A stretch of 64,000 bases of DNA, taken from NCBI GenBank assembly GCA_040954595.2, contig CM082580.2, forward strand, positions 2,036,783-2,100,782, in the 5' to 3' direction. Positions 12,348-24,544 of this stretch are shown in pieces (position 1 is the stretch's first letter; every line of letters begins with the position of its first letter). The stretch is from Balanoglossus misakiensis. Lineage: Eukaryota > Animalia > Hemichordata. The notes below the pieces were generated by a model. It was not told the origin of the DNA. It did no database searches and was given only the letters and a program-made list of their open reading frames with translations. The position numbers were made by a program, and so were the translations under genes.

Positions 12348-15300
12348 GGCGCTGGAGTACAAATTGTGCAAGAAGAATTCGCGAGCAAAGATGGAAGAAG
12401 AAATCGCAGGCGAAGATGGAAGAACTTGCAGCTGATGCCAGAGTTTGGAAGAAGCTAGGGCCATAAAAGTCACGTGACTGTTGCCGTTCCAGTTGTTGGA
12501 TGCCGGACAAGCCGGAATATTGTATGGAGAGACAGTGAAGTCTTACGTGAAGTTGTTGAGGGAAGGACGTGTAGGCAAAGGTAGCAAACCTTAGTTTGCA
12601 GTGTTTCACGGGGAAATGTGTGAATTTGTGTGGAATCGAGTGTTGCTGATGGTGTTAATTGAAAGTGAATGATATGGGGTGAGTGAAGTAATTGGAACAG
12701 CCGAAAGGGGGTATTGAAGACTTGTTTGTGTGCTATATCGGCGGGTAGTTAAGGCGTTGTGGGTGAAACTAAAGTAAACTGAGGGTGGGTATGTGCATGA
12801 AGCATGGTGTTCAAATTGGTTATAGTATGTGGTATAGAAAACACGGAGAGGTTACACTGCAGTAAACGGGGAAGAGAAGGTGGGGTTGAGTAGAGTAATA
12901 ATGCGGGCGCAGCGACATCAACGACGAATAATGTGGCAAGTGTAGTGGGTTTGCAGCGGACAATGGTATGTGCAAGCGCTGCGGGGGAAAGGGTGCCTTG
13001 TAGTGGCAAGTGAATTGACCAATTAAAGTGCGGCATGTTGGAAATTTTACAGGGCACTCATATGCGTGGTTTGTTGATAGCCTAGCCTGGCAAAGGCTTG
13101 ATAAACCTGGTACGTGAAGAGAATCTGGTGTTAGATGTAAAACACGATCATGATGTCCGGGAAACGTTAATTATGTGTGAAGCACCAGACATTGCTGTTT
13201 CCGTATGATACTATAGTGTGCATTTAGAGAGAGTAGAAATTGAATTAGCGAAGCTGGAAGTGTACAGTAGGCCGTTTCAACAGTTAATTGTCTGGGGTCA
13301 CGGGCATTACAGTGTTCGCTGGAGGAGTGCATGCAAAACAGGCGGAAATAAACGTCCTTGCTCAATATGCCAAGAATGGTTATGAAGTGTCTTAGATTAA
13401 ACTGTAAACAGTCATTGGCCGGGGGACATCGGCAGCACGCAGGTGTTGCTCTACGCTGTTGGGCTTGCGAGGGGGTGGGGAACGGCATAATACTATAGTA
13501 ATAAAAGCGAGCGCGTCGACAGAGCAGTGGGGCTGTTAGATCATGAAGAAATAATGGGCGCGGAATTTCGATAGGTATGATGGGGACATGATGATGAAGG
13601 AGCGTGAAACTGACATTGGAACGGCCGACAGGCAGTAACTGTGGGTGGAGCGACCGTGTGACTAGCTGTGGTGATTGCATTTGTCATGTTTGTTTTACAG
13701 TATGCAGTGACGTTTAGTGAACACAGCAACTTGACTTGTGCATTGAGCCCCTGGATGCGATCTAATCCAAGCAGATTAGATCGCGGTTTAGATGTCGTGG
13801 GGTGTGGCTGGAGAGACCGAAAAGGCAAAGGAACAGAACGAAGTTTGGAAGTATTGTAGGTCTGTGTGTTCGAAGTACAATATTGTGCAAGAGAAACGGC
13901 ACGTCAAGCGTGTTGCCGATACACCGGAAGCTACTGCCTGGTTGGAAGTGCGCGTCTGTGGTAGGAAATTACCCAATGTGCTTAGCGTCGTCACTCGGGC
14001 ACTGTCAGTGGCTTGGTCATTTTGTGGCGATATTTTGGCGGTGTACAGAATCAGGATTGTCGGAAATTGCGGTAGGTGTGCAGCGATTGCATATACTGGT
14101 GCAGAATTTAATGTTAGAGGTAGGTAATCAGGTGTGTTTGGCGTTTAGTGAGCATGAGTGACCAAGCGAAGCAAATGGATGCGTGGGCTCTGTGTACGGA
14201 ATAGTGCAAAGGGAAACGATTCATTTCATTTCCAACTGACTTCAGCCTGATAAATATAAGTCAGTTGGAAATGAAATCAATCGTTAGCCTTTGGGATAGT
14301 GTGTGGTTAGCGGTTGGGGAGGTTTGCATGCTAGATGTGTACTATTCTGTGTGTGTAGGGGTAAGGGAGGGCGTGTAAAGGTGCAATTGTGTGGGTTGAC
14401 AGTTTTTAAGGGAATGGGAACAGTGTCGAGAGAATGTAGGCCGTAAAACGGTTTATTCTGCGGTGTTTAAGTTGTATGGGAGTTAAATATATTATGCATT
14501 TGAGGTGAGAACAGAGAATTGATTAGGTAACTGCCTATAAGTTACCCTGTTGATATCTGTATGTGTTTGTCTGTTTATGTGTCTGTATTTGTACTGTGGT
14601 TTGCACTTTTCTATTGTGTAATGTGTGAATGGGATACTGTGGGCTTGATGGATGGTAACTAATACAGTGGACAATGTGGGTGCAAATTCATTGTGTTTAT
14701 TTGGTGGGAAGTGTTGAACTTTGTCATTGAGGAATGTATTCAAAAGGGAATTTTACATGATTGTAGATGTGGGAGTGACAGAGTTGATAAAGAGCTTGTG
14801 TATGTGTGTATGAATTTGAGTGGTGCTGTAAGCACATGTTATGTTGAAATGTTCAGTGTGTCCTCTTAGTTTGTATGTTGGGGTATGGTGCAACACAGTT
14901 TCTTGTCACTCAGGTAAATGCTTGATAGTACATAGAAAAGTATGGGGTAAGAGGTGGCTGGAAATCTTTGTCAAAATATGGAAATTTGTATGTGCTGGTG
15001 AAATCACTATGTAATAGGGCGTGTCCAGGTGTTTAGTTGCTGGTGGCAATTGGTTGAAGTGTGCAATTGCCCTTGGGTGACTGTGAGAAGTGTTGTTAAT
15101 GGGATTGTGTGTTTTGTGGAATGTGTCAATGAACGCGAAAAAGTTTGGTGAAAGAATACAGGTGAATGTATAAGTAAATTAAGTCTTTGCTGATTACGTC
15201 ATAGTGTTGATGTCTGGAATTTTATATAACTCAGCAAGGTGTTGTAATTGTCAAGCAATGTGCAAGGTGGGTGCGTACACCAAAATCAAGCTGAGGCAGG

Positions 15301-15807
15301 TGTCACTGTCAGGGCTGCAGGGGACATTAATGTTAATTGGGGTATAAAGGTGTGCACACTTTATATTGAAGTTGTGTTGTGTGAATCAAGGTTTACTCAA
15401 ATGAACTTACTGATGATTATGTTCAGTGTACGAGTGTTTAGTGAAGTTAAGAATAGTGATTCTATGAGCTTGGAAGGCACTGTGTTGTATTGTACAAGCA
15501 GATAATGGTAGATGTATTATAGGTTGTAATGGTAATGTTTAATTTGTTATTTTTACAGATGCCAAGAAGGAAATATTGGAAGAAGCGGCGCACTGTGGCT
15601 GTGGAGGACACGATCGTTGTTGAGAAGAATAACAGCATGAACACTAATATTGCTGAGGGGAGTGTGGTTTTGCAGAACAATGAAGCACTAAACAATTGTA
15701 AGACAGGGCAGACTGAGCCCTTGGAAAACAGTCAGGCAAAAGGAAGTGATGGAATGGGGCAGACTGACCCCTTGGAAAACAGTCACGCATTAAAAACTGA
15801 CAATAAA

Positions 15808-17054
15808 TGGAAGCTAAAAGTGAATACGGGTAAATCAAAGATAGTTGTTTTCAGACGTGGGGGGAGGTTAAAATCAGATGAAAATTGGTTTTTAGAGGGT
15901 ACAAAACTTGAAGTTGTTCCTTTTTACAATTACCTGGGCATTGTTCTTTCAAGTTCGGGTCTATGGGATCAAGCACAGAGACATCTAGCAACCAAAGCCT
16001 CAAAGTCTTTATTTGAAGTTAAGAAGGCTATTGCACGTTTTGGCTCCATCGATGTTGATCTTGCATTTAAAATCTTTGATAGTAAAATCCTTCCAATTTT
16101 AATGTATGGAAGTGAAGTGTGGGCTTTCCACCAGGCCGACCAAATTGAAATAGTACACAATAAATTCTGTCGTTTTATTTTGAGATTGTATGGCAATGCG
16201 ACCACTCTCGCTGTTAGGGGTGAGCTGGGGCGTTTTACAATTCGTACATGTAGACTTGTAAGGATTATCAAATATTGGCTGCGCTTGCTTTCAATGCCAC
16301 AGCAGCGTATTGTGCAAAAATGCTATCTTTTCCAATATAAGGAAGCTGAAAAAAGTAAACCATGCTGGGCCTATGATGTTAAGACTTTGTTGTTTTCCTT
16401 TGGTATGGGCGAAGCTTGGCTTAATCAAGGTGTGGGTTGTGATGTTAACTTTATTAATTTATTTAAACAGAGATGTCGAGACATTGATATTCAGAATTGG
16501 TATTCAAATTTACGTCTGTTTCCCAAAATGGACTGTTATCGTACTTTCAAAATGACCTTTGGGCAAGAGCATTACTTATCAAGTATTGATAATGATTCAC
16601 ATAGAGAAGCCATGTGTCGTTTTAGAGTTTCTGCGCATGCACTACGCATCGAATCAGATAGAAAATTACGTAACGAGCGCTCAGAAAGAATTTGTGTATA
16701 TTGTAATTCTACAAGCATTGAAGACGAGTTCCACTTTAGTATGATGTGTCCTCTATATCAGGAGTTAAGGTCAAAATATATTCCAAGGTATTTTTACATA
16801 AATCCTCCCTTTCAAAAATTTACCCAGCTTTTACAGTCTCAAAACACAACTATTGTACGCAATTTTTCAAAATTTATCTACTATGCCATGAAGATGCGTT
16901 CCGAGACTGTTGAGGAACTTTCAATCGTGTAATACTGATTGTACTTGTTTCTAGTTGAGTGTCCCTCTGTACTTTTCTTTGTATGACTTTTGTGATTACT
17001 AGGAGGCCGGAGGCCTACAGTATCCGAATAAATCACACATATATATATATATAT
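15808..17054 (+). mobile_element. 5'-truncated non-LTR retrotransposon (RTEX/CR1-group-like ORF2 C-terminus)
   Basis: KWKLKVN..K.KIVVF, YNYLGI and RICVYC..IEDEFHF..CPLY motifs; aataaa plus (AT)n tail; 19-bp TSD attaaaaactgacaataaa at 15789-15807 and 17055-17073. Confidence 0.9.
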
Positions 17055-17439
17055 ATTAAAAACTGACAATAAAGGGGAGACTGTCCTCTCTAAAAAAAGT
17101 CAAAGCAAACTCCGAGAGGAGTCATGTCAATGGAATGATGTAGTCCAGAAGGACAAAAATTAATTTGACAATGTGCTTTGCACTGACGTGCATAATGTTA
17201 TTGAAGATGGAATTGTACTTAATGACGAGACATTGAAGTTCAGCAGTGAGCATTGTGGCAATGCTGAGTGTGCACAAGATAAAGAGGAACGTGGAGATTG
17301 TTATGGAACAGATGATGTACTTCTCATGGATGTGAATGTGGTTACAGGGGATGGCAATAGATGTTGTGCACAAGTTAATGAGAGAGCAGAGCGTAGTGGG
17401 AAGTCATTTAGCAATGACAGAACATGGAGTGGGAACCAA

Positions 17440-17930
17440 AGTGATGTGGTTGTTGTGCAGGGCCATTATCACCAAGGTCATTCAAAATTTAAGGACAATG
17501 CTGGAAGGCAGTGTGTTGCTAATAGCCTAATGGCCGTTGCATTTAGTAAACTGAAGCCACTATTCTCATGGAACAGTAGTGACTTGGATAAAGTATTGGA
17601 TAAGGGTGACCAATTGTACACATTTATACAAAAGTATCAACCAGTGCATGGAATGTACCTGCTGGTTACCGAATTGCCAGAACAGTTATCTTTGTATGGT
17701 GTGAATGTTTCTGTAAGTCTCGGAAGGTGGTTGGCAGGTTTAATGGCTCCTACGAGGCCATTTCAACAGAATGATTTTGTCACAACTCTTGAAAATGCAT
17801 TGACTATGGTGTTGTCAGAGTGTGATGCATGTTTTTAACGTTTGCAATAGATACATGTATAGTAATGAAGGCAAGTGATGTGTACTTTGTGTTTGATTCA
17901 CATTCGAGGAATGCTGAAGGTATGTGTGCG
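17440..17930 (+). pseudogene. Herpes-tegument-like (peptidase C76/VTD) deubiquitinase domain
   Basis: QGHYHQG..F..NAGRQCVANS..W..SDLDKVLDKGDQLY, then FVFDSHSR after the frameshift. Confidence 0.8.
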
Positions 17931-18269
17931 TCTGGTGGTACTAGTGTTCTATTAAAGAAACATAACGTGCAACAAGTGTATGAACATTTGTGCAATCTTG
18001 GGTTGTCAATGAACATAGGCGTGGATGTTGAATTTGAAGCATCAGGTGTCTGTGTTAGTGCTGATAAAGAAATCCATCAGGTGTGTGAAACACAAAGTAT
18101 TGATAGAGATGTGGTTGATGTAGAAGTAGTAAGGGAAAGTGTAATGACGTTCTCATTTACTCCGTTGACTGGTGGGGTTGCTGAACAGTTATGTACCATG
18201 ATTAACATTGGCAATTGTCATAGTGGTGCGTTAAGTGATAAAATTTGCTGTGTTGACATTGGTGAGCCC

Positions 18270-18670
18270 TGCAAAACTAAGTCTATCAAGGGCGATGGAA
18301 ATTGCTTTTTTAGAGCAATATCATACCCGGTAAGTGGTAGTGAAAGCAATCACAAAGTTGTCCGAGCAGGCGTTGTCAAACATTTGTGTGAATATGACAG
18401 AGAATATTTTGGCTGGTTAAGGGAACAGTGCACATACAAGTCAGTTGCTGATTACATTGCAAAATCAAGAATGAAATGTGCTGGAGTATGGGCATCAGAA
18501 ATTGAAATATTAGGAACTGCCAATTTCTTGGGCATTGATGTGTATGTGTTTAGCTCAGGTAGATGGTTGAGACATTGTTATAATAAGATTATAAAGGGTA
18601 ATGTTGATCGAGGTGTAGGCATATACCTGAAACATGTAAATGGAAATCATTATGATGTTGTTGAGTGTGT
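18270..18670 (+). pseudogene. OTU-like cysteine protease domain
   Basis: IKGDGNCFFRAIS ... WASEIEI ... GNHYDVV. Confidence 0.85.
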
Positions 18671-20650
18671 CAATACATGTGGCATGGGGAAATCTGATTG
18701 TACACATGCCAAATGTGACATATTTGGGCCAAGTCAACATGTGGTTGACAAAGAGACACATGGTTTACACGAAGATGTGCAATGTGACCAACTTGGGGCT
18801 ACATGTAGTGAGCCACAGTGCATTGTGATAGTTAATAGGAAAAGAAAAGCAGAGTGTACCCGTAAGTCAAAAAAAGTGCGACATGAGAGGTATGAAGGCG
18901 GAAAAATGGGATGTAGCGCTGTGAGTGAGTGCACCACTGATAAGAGCAGAGAGGATAGTAAAAAGAGGTACCAAGGAAATGATCAGTGTAGAGAGAGGCA
19001 GAAAGAGAGATCTGCATTCAGATACAGAAATGATCCATCTTATTGTGAAAGAAAGAAAGCATCGTGTGCAGCATATGGTGCGGAGAAGTACAGAAATGAT
19101 GACGTGTACAGAGAACATAAAAAATGTGTAAGTGTGGGAAAATATCAGAGTCCAGTGTTCAGAGAGAAAAAGAGACTACAAAGTGAACAAAGGTATCACC
19201 AGAATGAAGATTATAAATTGAGTGTATTGGAAAGAAGTAAAATGGACAGAAATATGAAAAGAACAAAAGGGCAAAACATAGAACATGTGATTGATTCCTT
19301 CAAAAAGAAAGTGTGAGTTGGACCAAATTGTGTATGTTGTGTGTGTCACCGAAGGCTCTTCAGAAAACAGGTCCTTTCTTGTGATACAAGTAAATATGTC
19401 TTGAGAAATCAGACAAATGAAAGGAATGTTGATATATGTGTTAGTGATACATATGTGCACAATTGCACAGACTTTTGTGTTGTTGAGTGCCCACTTATGA
19501 ATAGTGCAGCAAGTAAGTTATGGATTTGTTACACATGTGACAACAAACTGTTACATGGGGAAATGCCAGGTCAAGCTGCTGCCAACAATCTGGAATTAGA
19601 TCCAATTCCTGATGAGCTGAAATGCCTAAATTCTCTTGAGCAACATTTGATTGCCTTGCATATTCCTTTTATGAAAATGATGGCATTACCAAAAGGTGAA
19701 CAAAATGGTGTTCACGGACCTGTAGTTTGTGTGCCATGTAATACTGAGAAGGTAACAAGTATTTTACCACGCAATGAGATTGATGACCAACTGATACGGG
19801 TGAAACTCAAGCAAAAGCTGAGTTATAAAGGTCATTATGAGTATCAATTTGTAAGCAAGGGACACATGCAGAATGCTTTGGAATATCTGCAGACACATAA
19901 CAAATATTACATTGGTGTGAAATATAATGTGGATTGGGATAACACTTTAGAGAAGACTGGGGAAAGTAATGTAGATACAGAAAATGATGCGTACACTGAA
20001 GAGGATACATCTGTTGCTGAAGGTGAAAGTGATGTGAAATTGGGCGAAGAGGAAAATGTACTTGGTAAAGATAGGAATGGAATATATATGGATACGTGCC
20101 TTCAACCGGTGGACATAGGTCAGGATATTCTTGATTATCGTTTTGAAGATATAGCATGTGTTGCCCCTGCAGAAGGTAATGCACCTGTTAGTCTGTTGAT
20201 GGAGAAGTTGAATGAAGCTAAGTGCTTTCCAGTGTTGTTCCCAAATGGGTCACCAACATTTCACGATGATCGAGAGGTTAAGATAACAATAGGATGCTAC
20301 CTGCAGAGTCGTCTATTGAATGCTAGCAACAGGTTTGCAAGGAACACTGATTATATATTTTATGCTCAGTATCTGTCAGAGCTTGAGCAGGTTATGTCTA
20401 GTGTGTCAATTGCTCTAAGGAAAGGAACAACTAATGCCTGTGGCAAAAAAGTAACATCGGATGTGCTTAGTGGCAGAGATTCCTTGAGGGAGATACTAAA
20501 GTGTGATGAAGGTTACAAGTTCTTAAAACCAATAAGAGGGACCCCACCTTATTGGCAAGCTGCACAAAAGGACTTATTTGCAATGATTAGACAGTTAGGT
20601 ATACCAACATGGTTCTGTTCATTTTCTGCTGCTGATTTAAGATGGAAAGA

Positions 20651-23631
20651 TATGGCAAGCCTCAGGGGTCTTAAGTATAGCAATAGTAGTATATAATGTT
20701 GAAGTAGTACGATTATATTTTGATTCGTTAATATATTATAAATAAATAGTAGTATATAATGTTGAAGTAGTACGATTATATTTTGATTCGTTAATATATT
20801 ATAAATAAATAGTAGTATATAATGTTGAAGTAGTACGATTATATTTTGATTTGTTAATATATTATAAATAAACTTGACTCTATTAATGGTAACACTGTGT
20901 ATATTATGAAAAGCTACAAGTTTATTATAAGTGGACATTATTATTTTATTCTAAAAGCTTATCCATTAATTAACTTACAATAAAATATTATTTACAAACG
21001 TTATTAATATAATTACATTCATCTCTATATTATTTAAACATGGTATTATATTATTTAATTGTATTTACAAATTATAATTTTGTTTGATAGTATGATTGTC
21101 ATCTTGAAGATGTATGTTTTGAAAATAATTATTTTATTTTTAAATACGAGAAAATGGTTGGTACATCACATCAATTTATTTTAACTTTTATTTTTGTTAT
21201 TTATTAAAATGGTGAAATGAATATAAACACAAATTTTTATATTTTAAGTGACTATGCTTTTATGTTAATGCTGTAGTCTGTTAGATGATCATTGAATAGC
21301 TTATGTTTTCCATGCATTATATATAGAGGGCGTGTGTTTAAGCTATTCAAAGACTCTAAGATTTTAAGACACTTTGCAAGTATTAATATTATTTACTTGT
21401 TTACTACCTTCACTTCCACCTCACCAGAGGGCGCACAATTTTTGCTATCGGCCATTTTCCGTGTTTTCCGTTTGTTTTGCGCGTCTCAGTCGCAGTCGAA
21501 AGAGATGGACATCGAGGCAATATTGCAGGAGATAAATTTGGCAATGAGCGGGTTGAAGCTGCCACCGTTCTTTCCATGATGGAAGGGGGAAATAAAGAGA
21601 TTGGGAGTTACAAGAGCAGGTGATCGAGTGCAACTCCGAGACCTTTGCAAGGAAGAAACTCAGCCGTGACCGGCCTAAGCTCGGCCTCCACCACACCCTG
21701 CAAGGCGCCATAGGCGCAAAATCCTTTCCCTGTCTACTTCTGCCCCCTAACCGACTCCAAATATGATGCGATTAACTTGTCCTAACGACCGAACCACTCG
21801 CGTTAGATTCATTTCTGTATGTTTACATGTTGAGATCGCCATATTAAATATAAGGCTTACAGCGAGTTTATCTCCATGGCATTCTCCACGCAGAGACTTG
21901 GAGTGGATAATTCTAGCCTAGCTAGGGGGTCTGACCAATAGCCACTATAGTCTCTGCCACAAGCAAATTTAAATATTCCAAACCGGACCTTCTTTCAGTC
22001 CTGCGCGAGACCAGTTGGTTCAATAAATATGACCATCTTCGTATATACACTTTAGACACTGTAGTTGCTTTGGTTTTAATGTCAATTTAGAGTCGTAAGC
22101 TGCAATAACTTTCGCGATTGCGTCTGAAAAACCTATAGCAACGGGGGCAGCCATCTTGAATAGTCAATTCACATTTATGTAACCTAGGGCAGGATCTATG
22201 TTTTGCAAGTGTTCACGGATTCGGAAGGAACGACTTTAAAACTGGTTCATTTTTTAGTTCTCTTATTTTTTGGGGTACAAAATATTAAACTTAAAAAAGA
22301 CTTAGAAAACGCGCAACACCCAAAAAGTGGGTGTAAAATGTCGCCTGTGGCAGAGACTAAATAGCGGCTATTGGTCGGACTCCCTAGCAAGGTTAGTCTC
22401 TGCGTGGAGAATGTCTCCATGGGTAAACAAAAAAGTTTTAGAAAGCGAGCGGTTCGGACGTTAGGACAAGTTAATCGCATCATATTTGGAGTCGGTTAGG
22501 GGGCAGAAGTAGACAGGGAAAGGATTTTGCTTCGATAAAATCGAATTTCGGCCGAAAAAGCTGCGGTCCGGATCCGGACCGCAGAAGCACCAATTTTTTT
22601 CTATGGCGCCTTGCAGGGCTGTGGTGGAGGCCGTGTAACGCCGGGAACACACATACCTGTACGCAGAGCTAGGCCGGTGACGGCTGAGTTGCTTCCTTGC
22701 AAAGGTCTCGGAGTTGCACTCGATCACCTGCTCTTGTAACTCCCAATCTCTTTATTTCCCCTTCAGTCATGGAAAGAACGGTGGCAGCTTCAACCCGCTC
22801 ATTGCAAAATTTATCTCCTGCAATATTGCCTCGATGTCCATCTCTTTCGACTGCGACTGAGACGCGCAAAACAAACGGAAAACGCGGAAAATGGCCGACA
22901 GCAAAAATTGTGCGCCCTCTGGTGAGGTGGAAGTGAAGGTAGTAAACAAGTAAATAATATTAATACTTGCAAAGTGTCTTAAAATCTAAGAGTCTTTGAA
23001 TAGCTTAAACACACGCCCTCTATATATAATGCATGGAAAACATAAGCTATTCAATGATCATCTAACAGACTACAGCATTAACATAAAAGCATAGTCACTT
23101 AAAATATAAAAATTTGTGTTTATATTCATTTCACCATTTTAAAAAATAACAAAAATGAAAGTTAAAATAAATTGATGTGATGTACCAACCATTTTCTCGT
23201 ATTTAAAAATAACATAGTTATTTTAAACCATACATCTTCAAGATGACAATCATACTATCAAACAAAATTATAATTTGTAAATACAATTAAATAATATAAT
23301 ACCATATTTCAATAATATAGCGATGTATGTAATGATATTAATAACGTGTGTAAATAATATTTTATTGTAAGTTAATTAATGGATAAGCTTTTAGAATAAA
23401 ATAATAATGTCCACTTATAATAAACTTGTAGCTTTTCATAATATACACAGTGTTACCATTCATAGAGTCAAGTTTATTTATAATATATTAACAAATCAAA
23501 ATATAATCGTACTACTTCAACATTATATACTACTATTTATTTATAATATATTAACGAATCAAAATATAATCGTACTACTTCAACATTATATACTACTATT
23601 GCTATACTTAAGACCCCTGAGGCTTGCCATA
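20651..23631. mobile_element. Non-autonomous foldback IS3EU-like element with ~1.3-kb inverted arms
   Basis: Termini TATGGCAAGCC..GGCTTGCCATA; 6-bp TSD gaaaga; 63-bp subterminal repeats (3 left, 2 right). Excision restores ..ADLRWKEVLERIMREE.. of Rep. Confidence 0.9.
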
Positions 23632-23653
23632 GAAAGAGGTTCTAGAAAGAATT

Positions 23654-24535
23654 ATGCGTGAAGAAGGTGATGTGCGTGATGCTGAAGACCTGCTGTGGTC
23701 TGAGAAATGTGGAATATTGAGGCGAAACCCTGTGACGGCAGCAAGAATGTTTGATCACAGATTTGATTGTTTACTGCGAGAGGTCATTATGTCAGCAGCA
23801 AATCCTATTGGAAAGATCAAAGATTATTTTTATAGGGTTGAGTTTCAGCAGCGTGGTTCACCACATACCCACTGCCTGTTCTGGGTTGAAAATGCACCCA
23901 AAATTGATAGAGATTCTGATGATGAAGTAGTTGATTTTGTGAACAGATATGTAACATGTGAAATGCCATTGGCAGAGGATGATGACGAATTACAGGAGAT
24001 TGTAAACACAGTCCAACAACACAGCTCAAGGCATTCAAAATCTTGCAAAAAAAGGGGGACACAGTGCAGATTTAATTTTCCACGACCTCCTTCACAGAAA
24101 ACCTTCATATGCCGTGCTGATGTTGATGAGAACACTCAATCAAAAGTTGACAATGAAAAGGTAACATCTGATGGGGTGGAACAAATGGTACAAACTGAAT
24201 TTGCAATGGACATGTGCCAGTCGCAAAGTAATGTAATGGATCAAAAAATGGCTAGAGCAATCCTTGGGAAACTGTGGTCATGCCTGTGTGACAAAGAGAA
24301 AGAAGGGGAATCTGTACTTGACCTATTTATTGATCTTGGTATATCACAAGAGATCTTTGAGAAAGCAAATGCAATTTTGGCCAAGAAGACAAGTGTAATT
24401 TTGAAACGTGAAACACATGATGTGTGGGTTAACCAGTATAATCCCCATTTGATCCAGGCATGGAATGCAACCATGGATATTCAGTTTGTTGTAGATGCTT
24501 ATGCATGTGTTGTGTATATTGTGTCATACATGGGG
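23654..24535 (+). pseudogene. HUH Rep domain of the Helentron
   Basis: RNPVTAARMF, YRVEFQQRGSPHTHCLFW (HUH), CRFNFP, MDIQFVVDAYACVVYIVSY (Y2 motif). Confidence 0.9.
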
Positions 24536-24544
24536 TTACATGGA

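Noticed and set aside
6747-14743. Many His/Thr/Pro-rich minus-strand and Val/Gly-rich plus-strand ORFs
   Set aside because: Artefacts of G+T skew; only the three spliced OB-fold exons have motif and splice support.
15529-16932. 467-aa ORF as a genuine host gene
   Set aside because: The TSD and (AT)n tail show it is a LINE fragment fused to the RepHel start.
17173-17838. Integrated herpesvirus tegument gene
   Set aside because: The domain is contiguous with Helentron RepHel; no other herpesvirus genes.
20549-23661. 'MSTYNKLVAF..' ORFs with 21-aa repeats
   Set aside because: Translations of the 63-bp repeats in the foldback arms.
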